From: an uncultured Lachnospiraceae bacterium
Lineage (GTDB): Bacteria; Bacillota; Clostridia; Lachnospirales; Lachnospiraceae
DNA length: 64,000 bases
NCBI GenBank assembly: GCA_902800325.1
Contig: CADCDW010000003.1
Span: 13,452 to 77,451 of the forward strand
Direction of reading: 5' to 3'
Part shown: positions 1-9,638 of the stretch, one piece after another
How positions within the stretch are numbered: position 1 is the first letter of the stretch
How the letters are laid out: every line of letters begins with the position of its first letter
Notes under the pieces: generated by a model
Seen by the model: the letters and a program-made list of their open reading frames with translations, nothing else
The model's database searches: none
What the model was told of the DNA's origin: nothing
Made by a program: the position numbers and the translations under genes

Positions 1-1436
1 ACAGATGCACCTATATGCTGTGTTATTCCACCGGCCTCGCCTGCAGTAACATCTGAATGTCTTATAGCATCAAGAAGAGAAGTCTTACCATGATCAACGT
101 GTCCCATAACACAGACAACCGGTGGCCTTGGAGTCATAAGTGATTCGTCCTCTTCTTCTTCCTTTAAAAGTTCTTCTATAACATCTACCTTTTCTTCCTC
201 TTCAGCTATGTAGTTATACTCAAGAGCAATCTCTGCAGCTTCATCAAAAGAAAGATCTGAATTAACATTGTAAAGCTTTCCGGCCATAAACAACTTCTTT
301 ATAAGCTGCGCTACCGGAACTTTTATCTTTGAAGCAAGCTCACTAACCGTAAGTACTTCAGGGAATTTTATAGATTTAATAACAGGTTCAACCGGTTCCT
401 GTTTCTTAGGTGTCTCTTTTTTAGGTGCTTCGGTCTTTTTGCCTTCTTTTCTCTTATTATCCTTTTTGCCCGGTCTTTCTCTGTCAAAATCCTTTTCTCT
501 GTCTCTATCTCTGTTATCTCTTTCTCTCTCTTTTTCACGGGCTCTTTCTTTGCTTCTGTCTCTGTCTTTTCTTGATTCTTTTCTGAGTGGTTCCTCAACA
601 GCAGAATCATTTCTTGAAAAATCTCTTTTTCCTGAAGCAGACCTTCTCTTATCACCATCAAAATCCTGTCTGTCTCTTCCGTTTCCGCGGATATCTCTGC
701 CCTGTCTTCCATCGTTGCGAGAATCTCTGCTGTCTCTTTGGTCTCTGTTATCTCTTTGACCTCTGTTATCGCCCCTTGTATCTCTTGCACCCCTTGCATC
801 CTTATCATCTCTTCCGGTTGTATTTCTTCTTGGAACCTCACCGGAATTTTCTCTTCTTGGAGTCTCTCTTTTTAAAGTCTCCGATACAGCTTCTTTTTTA
901 GGAGTTTCTTTTCTTTGAACCTCTGCCTTCGCCTCATCTGCCTTTACAGTATCAACCTTTGGTGTCTCTTTTTTTTCTGTCTTGACCACTTCCTTAGAGT
1001 CCGATACAGGCTTTACAGCAGGTTTTACAGCATTCTCTTCAACAGCAACCTGGGTTTTCTTAACAGCTTCCTTTTTTATTGTTTCACCTGCAACTGCTTC
1101 TCTTTTAACCGCAGGTTTTTTAACAACCTCTTTTCCGGTTGCTTCCTTTTTAGGTACTGCCTTTTTAACATCTGCAGCAGAAACCTTTGGTCTGGCTGCG
1201 GATACAGTTTTTGAAGAAGCAGCCGTTCTTGAGCCTGCCGGAGCCTTTGGTACAGCTTTTGCCGGTGCAGCAGTTTTAATATATAAACCTCTGATATATT
1301 GAATCAAATCATCACTTACATTACTTGTAGGTCTTAAACCCTCTTTTTTCTTATTGAGTTTGACTAAAAGCTCACTACTTGTAATCTGTTTTCCTAATTC
1401 GCCTGATAACTGTTTTGCTAATTCGTGTACTCTCAT
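1..1436 (-). CDS. infB: Translation initiation factor IF-2, 5' part (runs off window start)
   Basis: Not in ORF track. ATG at 1436 after GGAGGTG gives [10 protein letters not shown]. The same frame reads [43 protein letters not shown] (IF-2 G-domain) at the window edge. Last gene of the rimP-nusA operon. Confidence 0.97.
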   Translation of the reverse strand, partial: MRVHELAKQLSGELGKQITSSELLVKLNKKKEGLRPTSNVSDDLIQYIRGLYIKTAAPAKAVPKAPAGSRTAASSKTVSAARPKVSAADVKKAVPKKEATGKEVVKKPAVKREAVAGETIKKEAVKKTQVAVEENAVKPAVKPVSDSKEVVKTEKKETPKVDTVKADEAKAEVQRKETPKKEAVSETLKRETPRRENSGEVPRRNTTGRDDKDARGARDTRGDNRGQRDNRDQRDSRDSRNDGRQGRDIRGNGRDRQDFDGDKRRSASGKRDFSRNDSAVEEPLRKESRKDRDRSKERAREKERERDNRDRDREKDFDRERPGKKDNKRKEGKKTEAPKKETPKKQEPVEPVIKSIKFPEVLTVSELASKIKVPVAQLIKKLFMAGKLYNVNSDLSFDEAAEIALEYNYIAEEEEKVDVIEELLKEEEEDESLMTPRPPVVCVMGHVDHGKTSLLDAIRHSDVTAGEAGGITQHIGAS

Positions 1437-1439
1437 AGA

Positions 1440-1763
1440 TTACACCTCCAAATCCTTACTACTATTTATTGCATCAATCACCTGTTTTGCAAGTCCGGCA
1501 TCTGTTACGGCCACAACAACCCTTGCTTCCTTTCCGATACTTTTTCCAAGCATTGTACTGTCAACCGAGATAAAACACGGAGCATTGTAAAACTCACATT
1601 TTTGTATAAACTTCTTCTTTGTATTATCTGATGCATCCTTTGCAACAAGCACAAGCTGTGCACTGTAATCCTGCAAAGCCTTTTCAACCAAAAAACCACC
1701 GCTTTTTATCTTGCCTGCTTTTGCTGCTAAAGATAGCATAGATAATGCTTTATTTCCTTTCAC
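1440..1763 (-). CDS. ylxQ: L7Ae/L30e-family RNA-binding protein (YlxQ-like)
   Basis: LSMLSLAAKAGKIKSG...LVLVAKDASDNTKKK...LGKSIGK pattern; position between ylxR and infB; GTG start. Confidence 0.9.
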   Translation of the reverse strand: MKGNKALSMLSLAAKAGKIKSGGFLVEKALQDYSAQLVLVAKDASDNTKKKFIQKCEFYNAPCFISVDSTMLGKSIGKEARVVVAVTDAGLAKQVIDAINSSKDLEV

Positions 1764-2021
1764 TCAAATCAACTCCTTTAAAAGAGTATCATATATTTCC
1801 TTAGGAATTTCGCACTTAAGTGCTTTTTCAAGTCCCTTAGACTTCATAGCCTTTTCGAGACAATCTTTATTGGGACATATATATGCTCCCCTGCCATTTT
1901 GTCTTCCGGTTTTATCCAGACATATAATATCCTCAGGTGTTTTTATAACTCGTATTAAATCATTTTTAGCTTTGGATATTCTGCATCCGGTACATTGTCT
2001 AAGTGGAATCTTTTTCGCCAT
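1764..2021 (-). CDS. ylxR: YlxR/RnpM RNA-binding protein (DUF448)
   Basis: PLRQCTGC...LIRVIK...GRGAYIC motif; position after nusA. Confidence 0.93.
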   Translation of the reverse strand: MAKKIPLRQCTGCRISKAKNDLIRVIKTPEDIICLDKTGRQNGRGAYICPNKDCLEKAMKSKGLEKALKCEIPKEIYDTLLKELI

Positions 2022-2074
2022 TAAGTCATACTCCTTATCATATAAAAAAATTAATCAGCCTAAATTCCTAATTC

Positions 2075-3241
2075 TTAATTATCGCCTTCATCGTAATTAT
2101 CATCCTCATAGTTATTGTCCTCATCATAACCATCATCATAATTACCGTCTTCATCATACTCATCATCAAGTCTGAATTCTATCTCGTCATCATCATATTT
2201 AGAAAGACCTGCCTGCGATTCACTCTTTATATCAATCTTATATCCTGTAAGTCTTGCAGCAAGTCTTGCATTCTGTCCCTCTTTACCGATTGCAAGAGAA
2301 AGCTGATAATCAGGAACAACAACCTTCGCACTCTTTTCATCAACATCCACATCAACCGAAACAACTTTTGAAGGACTGAGCGCATTTTCGATAAATACTG
2401 CCGGATCTTCATCCCAGTTAATTATATCAATTTTCTCGCCCTTCAAATCATCAACTATAGTATTTACCCTTGAACCATTTAATCCTACGCAGGCTCCAAC
2501 CGGATCCACATTCGGATCATTGGACCATACAGCAATCTTAGATCTTGAACCGGGCTCTCTTGAAATGCTCTTAATCTCAACGGTACCATCAGCAACCTCA
2601 GCAACCTCACGTTCAAAAAGCTTTCTTACCAAATCCTTGTGTGTTCTGGAAACAACAATTTTGAAGCCACCCTTCTGATTCTTCTTAACCTCAACGACAT
2701 AAAGCTTAATTCTATCTCCGCGCTTATAATACTCACCTTTAACCTGTTCATTTTCACTTAATATAGCATCAGTTCTTTCATCAAGGCTGACACTTATATT
2801 GTTGCCAACATATCTTTGAACGACACCTGTAATTATATCCTTTTCTTTACATACAAAGTGATCGTATATGGCATCTCTCTCGCCTTCTTTTATAGCCTGA
2901 ACTATTATACTTCTTGCTTTCTGTGCTGCAATTCTTCCAAATTCCATAGTCTTAATCTCAAACTTAATTTCGTCACCGACAGCAGCATCATCTTTCATGG
3001 CCTTTGCCTGAACCAGAGCAATCTCATTATCTTCATTTTCCACTTCTTCAACTACAGTTTTCTTTTGGAATAAAGCAATCTCTCCTGTTTCGCGATTCAT
3101 AGATACTTCTATAATTGCATCCTTACCAAAATCCTTTTCACAAGCAGATAAAAGAGAAGCTTCTATTTTCTCCATAATTTTATCTTTGCTTATACCTTTT
3201 TCCTTCTCCAATTGATTAAGTGCGTCAATAATTTCTGACAT
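2075..3241 (-). CDS. nusA: Transcription termination/antitermination factor NusA
   Basis: FGRIAAQKA, S1 domain, SREPGSRSKIAV, DPVGACVG and LSLAIGKEGQNARLAARLTG KH motifs; acidic D/Y-rich tail. Confidence 0.98.
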   Translation of the reverse strand: MSEIIDALNQLEKEKGISKDKIMEKIEASLLSACEKDFGKDAIIEVSMNRETGEIALFQKKTVVEEVENEDNEIALVQAKAMKDDAAVGDEIKFEIKTMEFGRIAAQKARSIIVQAIKEGERDAIYDHFVCKEKDIITGVVQRYVGNNISVSLDERTDAILSENEQVKGEYYKRGDRIKLYVVEVKKNQKGGFKIVVSRTHKDLVRKLFEREVAEVADGTVEIKSISREPGSRSKIAVWSNDPNVDPVGACVGLNGSRVNTIVDDLKGEKIDIINWDEDPAVFIENALSPSKVVSVDVDVDEKSAKVVVPDYQLSLAIGKEGQNARLAARLTGYKIDIKSESQAGLSKYDDDEIEFRLDDEYDEDGNYDDGYDEDNNYEDDNYDEGDN

Positions 3242-3270
3242 TTTTTTATCCTCCTTATTGTATCAACTCT

Positions 3271-3729
3271 TTACTCAAATGCTAATCTTATCATTGAGAT
3301 ATCTTTTTTATTTATGATTAATTCCTCTGTTTCATACAAAACAGTTATTTCTTGCTCTGTATATGATTTAAGTTCTGCAGTAAACTGTTTCAAGCCGTTT
3401 ACCTTGTTATAAAGCTTGATGTCGACTTTCCTGCCTATACTTCTTTTAAAATCCTTATCCTTTTTTAAAGGTCTTGTGAGCCCGGGCGAACTAACTTCTA
3501 AGATATATGCACTCTCTATCTTATCCTCTTCATCGAGTTTTTTTTCAAGAGCCCTGCTTATAAGAACACAATCATCTATATTGATTCCACCTTCCTTATC
3601 AGCATATACCCTAAGATAATAATCAGCACCCTCTTTTACATACTCAACATCTACCAGTTCAAAGGAATTCTCCTCTATGATAGGTGTTACAAGTCTGGTG
3701 CAATAATCTTCAATTTCATTTTTTTTCAT
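3271..3729 (-). CDS. rimP: Ribosome maturation factor RimP
   Basis: ELVDVEYVKEG, GINIDDC, YILEVSSPGLTRPLK motifs. Start revised to ATG at 3729 (MKKNEIE), which follows an SD-like GGTGGAG. Confidence 0.95.
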   Translation of the reverse strand: MKKNEIEDYCTRLVTPIIEENSFELVDVEYVKEGADYYLRVYADKEGGINIDDCVLISRALEKKLDEEDKIESAYILEVSSPGLTRPLKKDKDFKRSIGRKVDIKLYNKVNGLKQFTAELKSYTEQEITVLYETEELIINKKDISMIRLAFE

Positions 3730-3751
3730 CCCACTCCACCTTTCAACTTTT

Positions 3752-3789
3752 AAAAAGTAAAGAGTGGGTTTCCTTAAACCCACTCCTTT
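3752..3789 (-). promoter_or_regulatory. rimP leader terminator-like hairpin (attenuator candidate)
   Basis: Minus strand GAGTGGGTTT-AAGG-AAACCCACTC (10-bp stem) followed by TTTACTTTTT, ~25 nt upstream of the rimP start. Confidence 0.7.
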
Positions 3790-3853
3790 AGTAATCACTA
3801 CTTGATTTTTCTTTAATTATTATATTATTTTCCTTGATTTTTTAAAATTCAAT

Positions 3854-5551
3854 CTATTTTTTAATCAATTTTAATTCAATACTGCTTATAGCACCTTTTA
3901 TGCCTATATCTCCGGCTATACCTCCGTCACTTTGCCATGTAGTATAACTATCGTCAAAATATCCCGTTCTGTAAAATAAATCATAGTCATTATAGGCATT
4001 TCCATATAATCTTATCTGGATTCCATCTATAAGATATGTACTTGTTTTATCGCCCGCTGTATCATCATCTTTAACCCAATCCGTCCAAAATCCAAGTACA
4101 CTGTGAACTCTGTATTCTACACCTCCGCCGCTTAACTCATCAGTTAATCTGATTCGAACAGCACCTATACCCTTAAATATCCCATGTATGCCCGAAATTC
4201 TTCCATCAATAAGTATGCTGTTACCATCAAGCCCCTGACAATACAAATCATATTTTACCTTATCATAATTGCATATATATTCTTCAGATTCATTTATTTT
4301 CTTCTCTTTTTCATAATCTTCATCTTTCCTGCTTTCCTCATTTTTCTGCACCGGTACCAATTCATCATTTGGTACAACCGTTATACTTAAAGTTTCCACA
4401 AAATTATTTAAATTATCTAATTCATTTACAGAACCTCCATATTCAAGCCATGCATATCTAAAAAGCGCATAGCCTGAATACCCCAACTGATACGCTTTAT
4501 CACATTGTTTTTTCAAATTATCATCATATTTTCCCCACCCTGTATCACCGGCATACATTTCACCGGCTTTATATAGTGCAAGTCCCGCATAAATCGGTAT
4601 ACCCAGCTCATTTATACTTTGCCACTCCTGACATCTTTCAGAAAAAAGGGCAATTTCCTCTCCATCGGAAGATATAAATTCATCAGTCCAATAAAGCTGA
4701 GGCATTATGTAATCTATATATCCTTTCTCAGACATCCATCTTTTTATATCAGCTCCGTCATCCATTGCATTATCTATATTTCCGGCAGGACTTATACCAA
4801 AGAAGCAAGATGAATCTATATCTTTTATATTTTTATATACAGTAGATATCATATCATCCACATATGTCATTTTTTCTTCAACAGTTAAACCCTCGCCCAT
4901 TCCATCCACATAAAAATAATCATCAAAATGAATTCCATCCACCTCATATTTTTCTACAATTTCCTTAACTCCGTCGCATATAAGCTCTTTACTTTCTTCT
5001 TTAGAAGGATCAAGGCTAAGACATAGTTCTCCATCTACATTATAGTATTCTAATATAATATCTTTATGTTGCCCATAAAACTCCGTCAGCTTATAAGCTT
5101 CCGTAGTATCATTATTCCTTGACAGCCTGTATGGATTTATCCATGCTTCAAAAAACATACCACATTTATGAGCTTCTTCTATTGCAATCAAAAGTGGATC
5201 ATAATCCGGAGCATTTCTTTTACTTGAAATATAAACCGACCACGGAAATATATCTGACGGATAAACAGCATCACCCATAGGTCTTACATGAAAAATAACT
5301 GTATTCATATTATTGGCTTTTATATTTCTATACATCTCACTGATTTTTTTACGATATGAAGCTTCATCTAAGTCCATAAGGAATTCCTCTATATCAAGAA
5401 AAGAAATCCAACAGGCTCGTTTATCGATAGAAACAGATAGTTCCTCGGCGTGTATATCTTGATTATTTTTATCAATATAATTATTTTTTAACGGAAATAA
5501 CGTAGCAAAAATCAAAAAAACAGATAAAAAACTTAGAATATGTTTATTCAT
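3854..5551 (-). CDS. Secreted GHL10/DUF187 glycoside hydrolase-like protein with degenerate C-terminal ChW-like repeats
   Basis: Signal-peptide-like N-terminus; RACWIS, NTVIFHVRPMGDAVYPS, EAWINPYR, YEVDGIHFDDYFY, IDYIMPQLYW motifs; C-terminal YRVHSVLGFWTDWVKDDDTAG and DLFYRT...WQSDGGIAG blocks. Confidence 0.8.
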   Translation of the reverse strand: MNKHILSFLSVFLIFATLFPLKNNYIDKNNQDIHAEELSVSIDKRACWISFLDIEEFLMDLDEASYRKKISEMYRNIKANNMNTVIFHVRPMGDAVYPSDIFPWSVYISSKRNAPDYDPLLIAIEEAHKCGMFFEAWINPYRLSRNNDTTEAYKLTEFYGQHKDIILEYYNVDGELCLSLDPSKEESKELICDGVKEIVEKYEVDGIHFDDYFYVDGMGEGLTVEEKMTYVDDMISTVYKNIKDIDSSCFFGISPAGNIDNAMDDGADIKRWMSEKGYIDYIMPQLYWTDEFISSDGEEIALFSERCQEWQSINELGIPIYAGLALYKAGEMYAGDTGWGKYDDNLKKQCDKAYQLGYSGYALFRYAWLEYGGSVNELDNLNNFVETLSITVVPNDELVPVQKNEESRKDEDYEKEKKINESEEYICNYDKVKYDLYCQGLDGNSILIDGRISGIHGIFKGIGAVRIRLTDELSGGGVEYRVHSVLGFWTDWVKDDDTAGDKTSTYLIDGIQIRLYGNAYNDYDLFYRTGYFDDSYTTWQSDGGIAGDIGIKGAISSIELKLIKK

Positions 5552-5726
5552 ATTTACCTTATAATTAATACGCTTATCACCTATAATTATATTAATTTCA
5601 AGTTATTAATATTACTTCCCGGCAATAAGTATTCTTTCTTGCGAAGATATTCAAGCTAATAGAGAGAATTTATTATAGAAATCAGTAAATACTTAATTTT
5701 ATTACAATATATAAAGGGGATTTCAC

Positions 5727-5945
5727 ATGATAGATTACTCTCCATTTTGGGAAACCTTAAAAAATTCAAGCGAGAATTGGTATACACTTACCAACAAACA
5801 CAAAATGTCACACAGCACACTTCACAGACTTAAGCACAATAAAGACGTATCAACAAAAACCTTAAATGATTTATGCCGGATATTAAACTGTGATATATGC
5901 AATTTAGTTCGCTACATCCCAAACGAAAATGATCAAAAGCTATAA
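5727..5945 (+). CDS. Small Cro/C1 (XRE) helix-turn-helix protein
   Basis: IDYSPFWETLK...STLHRLKHNKDVSTKTLNDLCRILNCDICNLVRY; RBS AAAGGGG upstream. Confidence 0.85.
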   Translation: MIDYSPFWETLKNSSENWYTLTNKHKMSHSTLHRLKHNKDVSTKTLNDLCRILNCDICNLVRYIPNENDQKL

Positions 5946-5947
5946 AT

Positions 5948-5986
5948 AAAAAAAAGTCGGATTGGTTTTCCAATCCGACTTCTTTT
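5948..5986. terminator. Bidirectional intrinsic terminator between the XRE gene and tsf
   Basis: Perfect 12-bp stem AAGTCGGATTGG-tttt-CCAATCCGACTT with an A-tract on the left and a T-tract on the right, between convergent genes. Confidence 0.85.
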
Positions 5987-6013
5987 AATTTATAACAAAG
6001 TATATAACAACTT

Positions 6014-6952
6014 TTACTTACCAGCCATCTGAGCTGCAACTTCAGCTGCGAAGTCTTCATTCTTCTTCTCAAGACCTTCGCCTGTTTCAAAACGAACAAA
6101 GCTCTTAATTGCAAGTGAGCATCCATTAGCCTTAGCAACCTGCTCAACATATTTTGCAACGGTTTCCTTATTCTCAGCCTTAACATACTCCTGCTCTAAA
6201 AGACAAATCTCTTTAAGCTCCTTATTGAGACGACCCATTAACATCTTCTCGATGATATTATCAGGCTTGTTGGCATTCTTAGGATCATTTTTTGCCTGCT
6301 CCTTAAGAATCTTCATTTCATTGTCCTTGTAATCCTGTGGTACATCATCTGAACTTAAGTACTTTGGATTCATAGCTGCAACCTGCATAGCTACATTCTT
6401 TAAGCATTCTTCAACTGCCTCGCCTGAACCATCAGTAGCTGCTTCAACAAGAACACCAATCTTACCACCGGCATGGATATATGAAACTACAAGTCCATCA
6501 GAATCAATCTTCGCAAATCTTCTGATGTTCATATTCTCGCCAATCTTAGCTATCATAGCTGCGTGCTTTTCTTCAACTGTCATAGATGAATCAAGAGCCC
6601 ACTTCTCAGCCTTGAAAGTTTCCACATCTGTAGCAGGACTGTTTACTATCTGGTCAACAACTTCTTTAACATAACCCTGGAATACTTCATTCTTTGCAAC
6701 GAAGTCAGTCTCAGCATTAACTTCAACGATAGCAGCCTTCTTGCCACCATCAATTACAGTTGTTGCAACGATACCCTCAGCTGCAATTCTTCCTGCCTTC
6801 TTCTGTGCAGTAGCAAGTCCTTTTTCTCTAAGAAATTCCATTGCTTTATCAAAATCGCCGTCAGTTTCTGTAAGAGCCTTCTTACAATCCATCATTCCGG
6901 CACCCGACATCTCTCTTAACTCTTTTACCATAGCTGCTGTAATATTAGCCAT
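6014..6952 (-). CDS. tsf: Elongation factor Ts
   Basis: ITAAMVKELREMSGAGMMDCKKAL, EVNAETDFVAKN, RFETGEG. Confidence 0.99.
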   Translation of the reverse strand: MANITAAMVKELREMSGAGMMDCKKALTETDGDFDKAMEFLREKGLATAQKKAGRIAAEGIVATTVIDGGKKAAIVEVNAETDFVAKNEVFQGYVKEVVDQIVNSPATDVETFKAEKWALDSSMTVEEKHAAMIAKIGENMNIRRFAKIDSDGLVVSYIHAGGKIGVLVEAATDGSGEAVEECLKNVAMQVAAMNPKYLSSDDVPQDYKDNEMKILKEQAKNDPKNANKPDNIIEKMLMGRLNKELKEICLLEQEYVKAENKETVAKYVEQVAKANGCSLAIKSFVRFETGEGLEKKNEDFAAEVAAQMAGK

Positions 6953-7040
6953 TTTATATATCCTCCTAATATAATACTTATTTAAATATTTATAAGCATC
7001 TATCGGTCATAAAAAGCTATCAAAAGCTATCAATAACCTT

Positions 7041-7796
7041 TTATGCTTCCTCTGCTGCATCTTCCTCTGCATCTGCTGCAGCTGACTCAGCTTCCTCTGC
7101 TGTCATCTCATCAGCACCCTGATTTGCCTCTATAACAGCATCAGCCATCTTAGCAACGATAAGCTTTACTGCTCTTATAGCATCATCATTACCAGGAATT
7201 ACATAATCAAGCTCTTCAGGATCACAGTTTGTATCTGCAATACCAACAAGAGGAATTCCAAGTGTATGTGCTTCCTGGATACAGTTCTTCTCCTTGCGTG
7301 GATCAACAACAAATATCATATCAGGAATATTCTTCATATCCTTAATACCGCCAAGATTCTTCTGGAGCTTATCCATCTCCTTCTTAATCTCGATAACTTC
7401 CTTCTTAGGAAGAACATCAAATGTACCATCTGCTTCCATAGCTTCATACTTTCTAAGCTTGGCAATTCTTGTCTGAATTGTCTTGAAGTTAGTAAGCATA
7501 CCACCTAACCATCTCTGGTTAACATAGTACATACCACATCTTTCAGCCTCAGACTTAATAGCGTCCTGAGCCTGCTTCTTAGTACCAACAAAAAGAATCT
7601 TTCCTCCATCTGCTATACAATCAAATATTGCCTTGTAAGCATCATCAACCATACCTACAGTCTTCTGTAAGTCGATGATATAGATTCCGTTACGCTCAGT
7701 ATAGATATACTCAGCCATCTTAGGATTCCATCTTCTTGTCTGATGTCCAAAATGAACACCTGCCTCGAGTAACTGTTTCATTGAAATAACGCTCAT
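7041..7796 (-). CDS. rpsB: 30S ribosomal protein S2
   Basis: [43 protein letters not shown]. Confidence 0.99.
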   Translation of the reverse strand: MSVISMKQLLEAGVHFGHQTRRWNPKMAEYIYTERNGIYIIDLQKTVGMVDDAYKAIFDCIADGGKILFVGTKKQAQDAIKSEAERCGMYYVNQRWLGGMLTNFKTIQTRIAKLRKYEAMEADGTFDVLPKKEVIEIKKEMDKLQKNLGGIKDMKNIPDMIFVVDPRKEKNCIQEAHTLGIPLVGIADTNCDPEELDYVIPGNDDAIRAVKLIVAKMADAVIEANQGADEMTAEEAESAAADAEEDAAEEA

Positions 7797-7805
7797 AATA
7801 TACCT

Positions 7806-7893
7806 CCTTGGTTATACCTTCTGTGAGTTTCGAATACTTATTCGCGGAAACCACAGCGTCAAGTGGCACCAATCCGTTTATTCGCTCACATGT
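7806..7893 (-). ncRNA. rpsB 5' leader, candidate S2 autoregulatory structure
   Basis: Minus strand TGTGAG...CTCACA closing stem, internal CGAATA/TATTCG stem and GGATTGGTGC segment, lying between the promoter and the AAGGAGG RBS. S2 autoregulation through this leader is established knowledge; the match is by eye. Confidence 0.55.
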
Positions 7894-7926
7894 TTATTAT
7901 TTTCGTGTCAAACTGACACAAAGTGC

Positions 7927-7955
7927 ATTATAACATAAAAAAAAAGCGCAATCAA
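7927..7955 (-). promoter_or_regulatory. Sigma-A type promoter of rpsB-tsf
   Basis: TTGATT-17 bp-TATAAT with extended -10 TG on the minus strand. Confidence 0.75.
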
Positions 7956-7999
7956 GCACTTTTTTTATTTTAAAAGTTCATTTTTAAAGTTATACATTT

Positions 8000-8599
8000 C
8001 TATTCATTTTTCGGAGTTGTAAGCTCCTTTGCTATATCCTCATAAGACATATTGCTGTTAAACTTAAATGTATTAATCTGTATTTTATCTGATATTCCTT
8101 GATTCACAAGATAATTATCAAAATCATCCGCATCCTCGATTATGCCTGCTTCTTTCATCAGTGCTGCTACTTCAGGCGAGCCCATTCCGCTTGTTACGGT
8201 TATTGTTGCCTCGGTATATGAATTTTCAACCTTTTCTGTTGTAGTTTCTTTTGGTGCTTCAGTAGTTTTTTCTTCTGTTGAAATCTCTGTTTTTGCTTCT
8301 GTAGTTATTTCTGTAGTTGCTGCCGCTTTTTCCGAAACATCTGCTATACTATCTGTAGTTACTTCCTTTACAGCTTCAGTTGTTTTATCGCCAACATCTT
8401 TTTGAGATTTATCATTTTCAGAAATACCATATGTAGCATCACTATTAGTTGCTTCAATCATACCCAGATTTTTTGCTCTCTTGATTATCTCATCATCTGA
8501 CATTTTTTCTTTATCTGAAGTTCCGTAAGCAGCCAGCATAACTATCACTCCAAATATTATGCCTATACCCAGTCCCCTCATAAAATATTTTAATTTCAT
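8000..8599 (-). CDS. Single-pass membrane protein with a C-terminal YceG/MltG-N-like domain (SweC/YqzC-like)
   Basis: N-terminal TM helix, T/E/K-rich linker, C-terminal ITVTSGMGSPEVAALMKEAGII...FDNYLV...FKFNSNMSYEDIAKEL. Resemblance to SweC is from memory. Confidence 0.6.
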   Translation of the reverse strand: MKLKYFMRGLGIGIIFGVIVMLAAYGTSDKEKMSDDEIIKRAKNLGMIEATNSDATYGISENDKSQKDVGDKTTEAVKEVTTDSIADVSEKAAATTEITTEAKTEISTEEKTTEAPKETTTEKVENSYTEATITVTSGMGSPEVAALMKEAGIIEDADDFDNYLVNQGISDKIQINTFKFNSNMSYEDIAKELTTPKNE

Positions 8600-9240
8600 T
8601 TCTTTGCTCCCTGATACAAATCTACTATAAGTTTAACTTCTCCAACACCAAGCCCAAGATTTTTAGCTATTTCCAATATACTAAGACCCGATTTATGCAT
8701 CTCCAGTATGATATCCTTATTGGCATCTACTGACTTAATATCTTCTTCATCATCCTCTGCCAGTACATCTTCTTCCATAGCTTCAAGCTCTATGGCAAGC
8801 TTTTCTTCCCGCTCATTCTTTTTATTAATAGTATTATTATTAATGATTTCATTTACTTCTTTTTTATATTCGTCAACCATCGATGCGGTTGTCATTATCT
8901 CTTTTTGCTTATCCGAAAGCATACTGTATAAGAAAAGCGCTTCGCTGTGATTTCTCTCAATTTCTTCATTCACAGAAACAGCATAGTCACCAAGAGCAAG
9001 TGTTTTCTGATTTACTATCTCTGAAAACTTAGCTTCTATATCTCCAAGCTTATTGTCAATATGCTCGTCCATATAACTATCTATAAGCTTTTTTATCTTT
9101 TCCTTCTGCTCATCACTTAGTTTTTCCGGTATTTTTATTACACTTTCATCTTCTTCCTCTTTTGACCTTTCAGACAAAAGGAAACTTCCAAATATAAATA
9201 TCAAACCCAATATAATTAGTAAAATTACTGCTCCTGACAT
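8596..9240 (-). CDS. DUF6115-type membrane-anchored coiled-coil protein with C-terminal HTH (SwrB/SweD-like)
   Basis: N-terminal TM helix, coiled coil, C-terminal ILEMHKSGLSILEIAKNLGLGVGEVKLIVDL; lies between fliA and rpsB, the position of swrB in B. subtilis. Confidence 0.6.
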   Translation of the reverse strand: MSGAVILLIILGLIFIFGSFLLSERSKEEEDESVIKIPEKLSDEQKEKIKKLIDSYMDEHIDNKLGDIEAKFSEIVNQKTLALGDYAVSVNEEIERNHSEALFLYSMLSDKQKEIMTTASMVDEYKKEVNEIINNNTINKKNEREEKLAIELEAMEEDVLAEDDEEDIKSVDANKDIILEMHKSGLSILEIAKNLGLGVGEVKLIVDLYQGAKK

Positions 9241-9311
9241 AACTTCTCCAATCCTTTATCGTTATACAGCCAAAAATGATATCATTTTGTTCTGATATCA
9301 TTTTACCGGCA

Positions 9312-9623
9312 TTATATTTTAATATCAAAATTTATGCGATTTACCTCTGAATCAGTCTTAGAGGTTTCGTCATCATGGTTGCTTTTCTTCTTTTTTTTGC
9401 TATATATATTAGAATACTTGTTTTTTCCTTCTTCTTTGGCATCATAAGTCTGCTCATAAAATACAGCTTCTTCTTTTTGGACTACAGTTTCTTTTATCTG
9501 TTGTTCTTCTTTTTTTATTTCAGATTCGGCATGTATAGTATTCAACGTACTTTGTGCATCTGTATTTTGTTGTATAGCCGCAACAGGTGCCGAGCTTTGT
9601 GCTGCAATAATCGGTGCTATCAT
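9312..9623 (-). CDS. Hypothetical protein of the flagellar cluster
   Basis: 103-aa ORF in operon context with RBS AGGAGTTGG; ends in FDIKI. Confidence 0.7.
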   Translation of the reverse strand: MIAPIIAAQSSAPVAAIQQNTDAQSTLNTIHAESEIKKEEQQIKETVVQKEEAVFYEQTYDAKEEGKNKYSNIYSKKKKKSNHDDETSKTDSEVNRINFDIKI

Positions 9624-9638
9624 AAAACCAACTCCTTC

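Noticed and set aside
368-1302. ORFs 368-841(-), 439-759, 587-901, 915-1214 and 982-1302(+)
   Set aside because: Alternative-frame or antisense shadows of the low-complexity infB N-terminus; the true frame runs from 1436 to the window edge.
3730-3798. Longer rimP start at 3798 given in the ORF track
   Set aside because: The extension runs through the leader hairpin and has no RBS; the ATG at 3729 has an SD and gives a normal RimP length.
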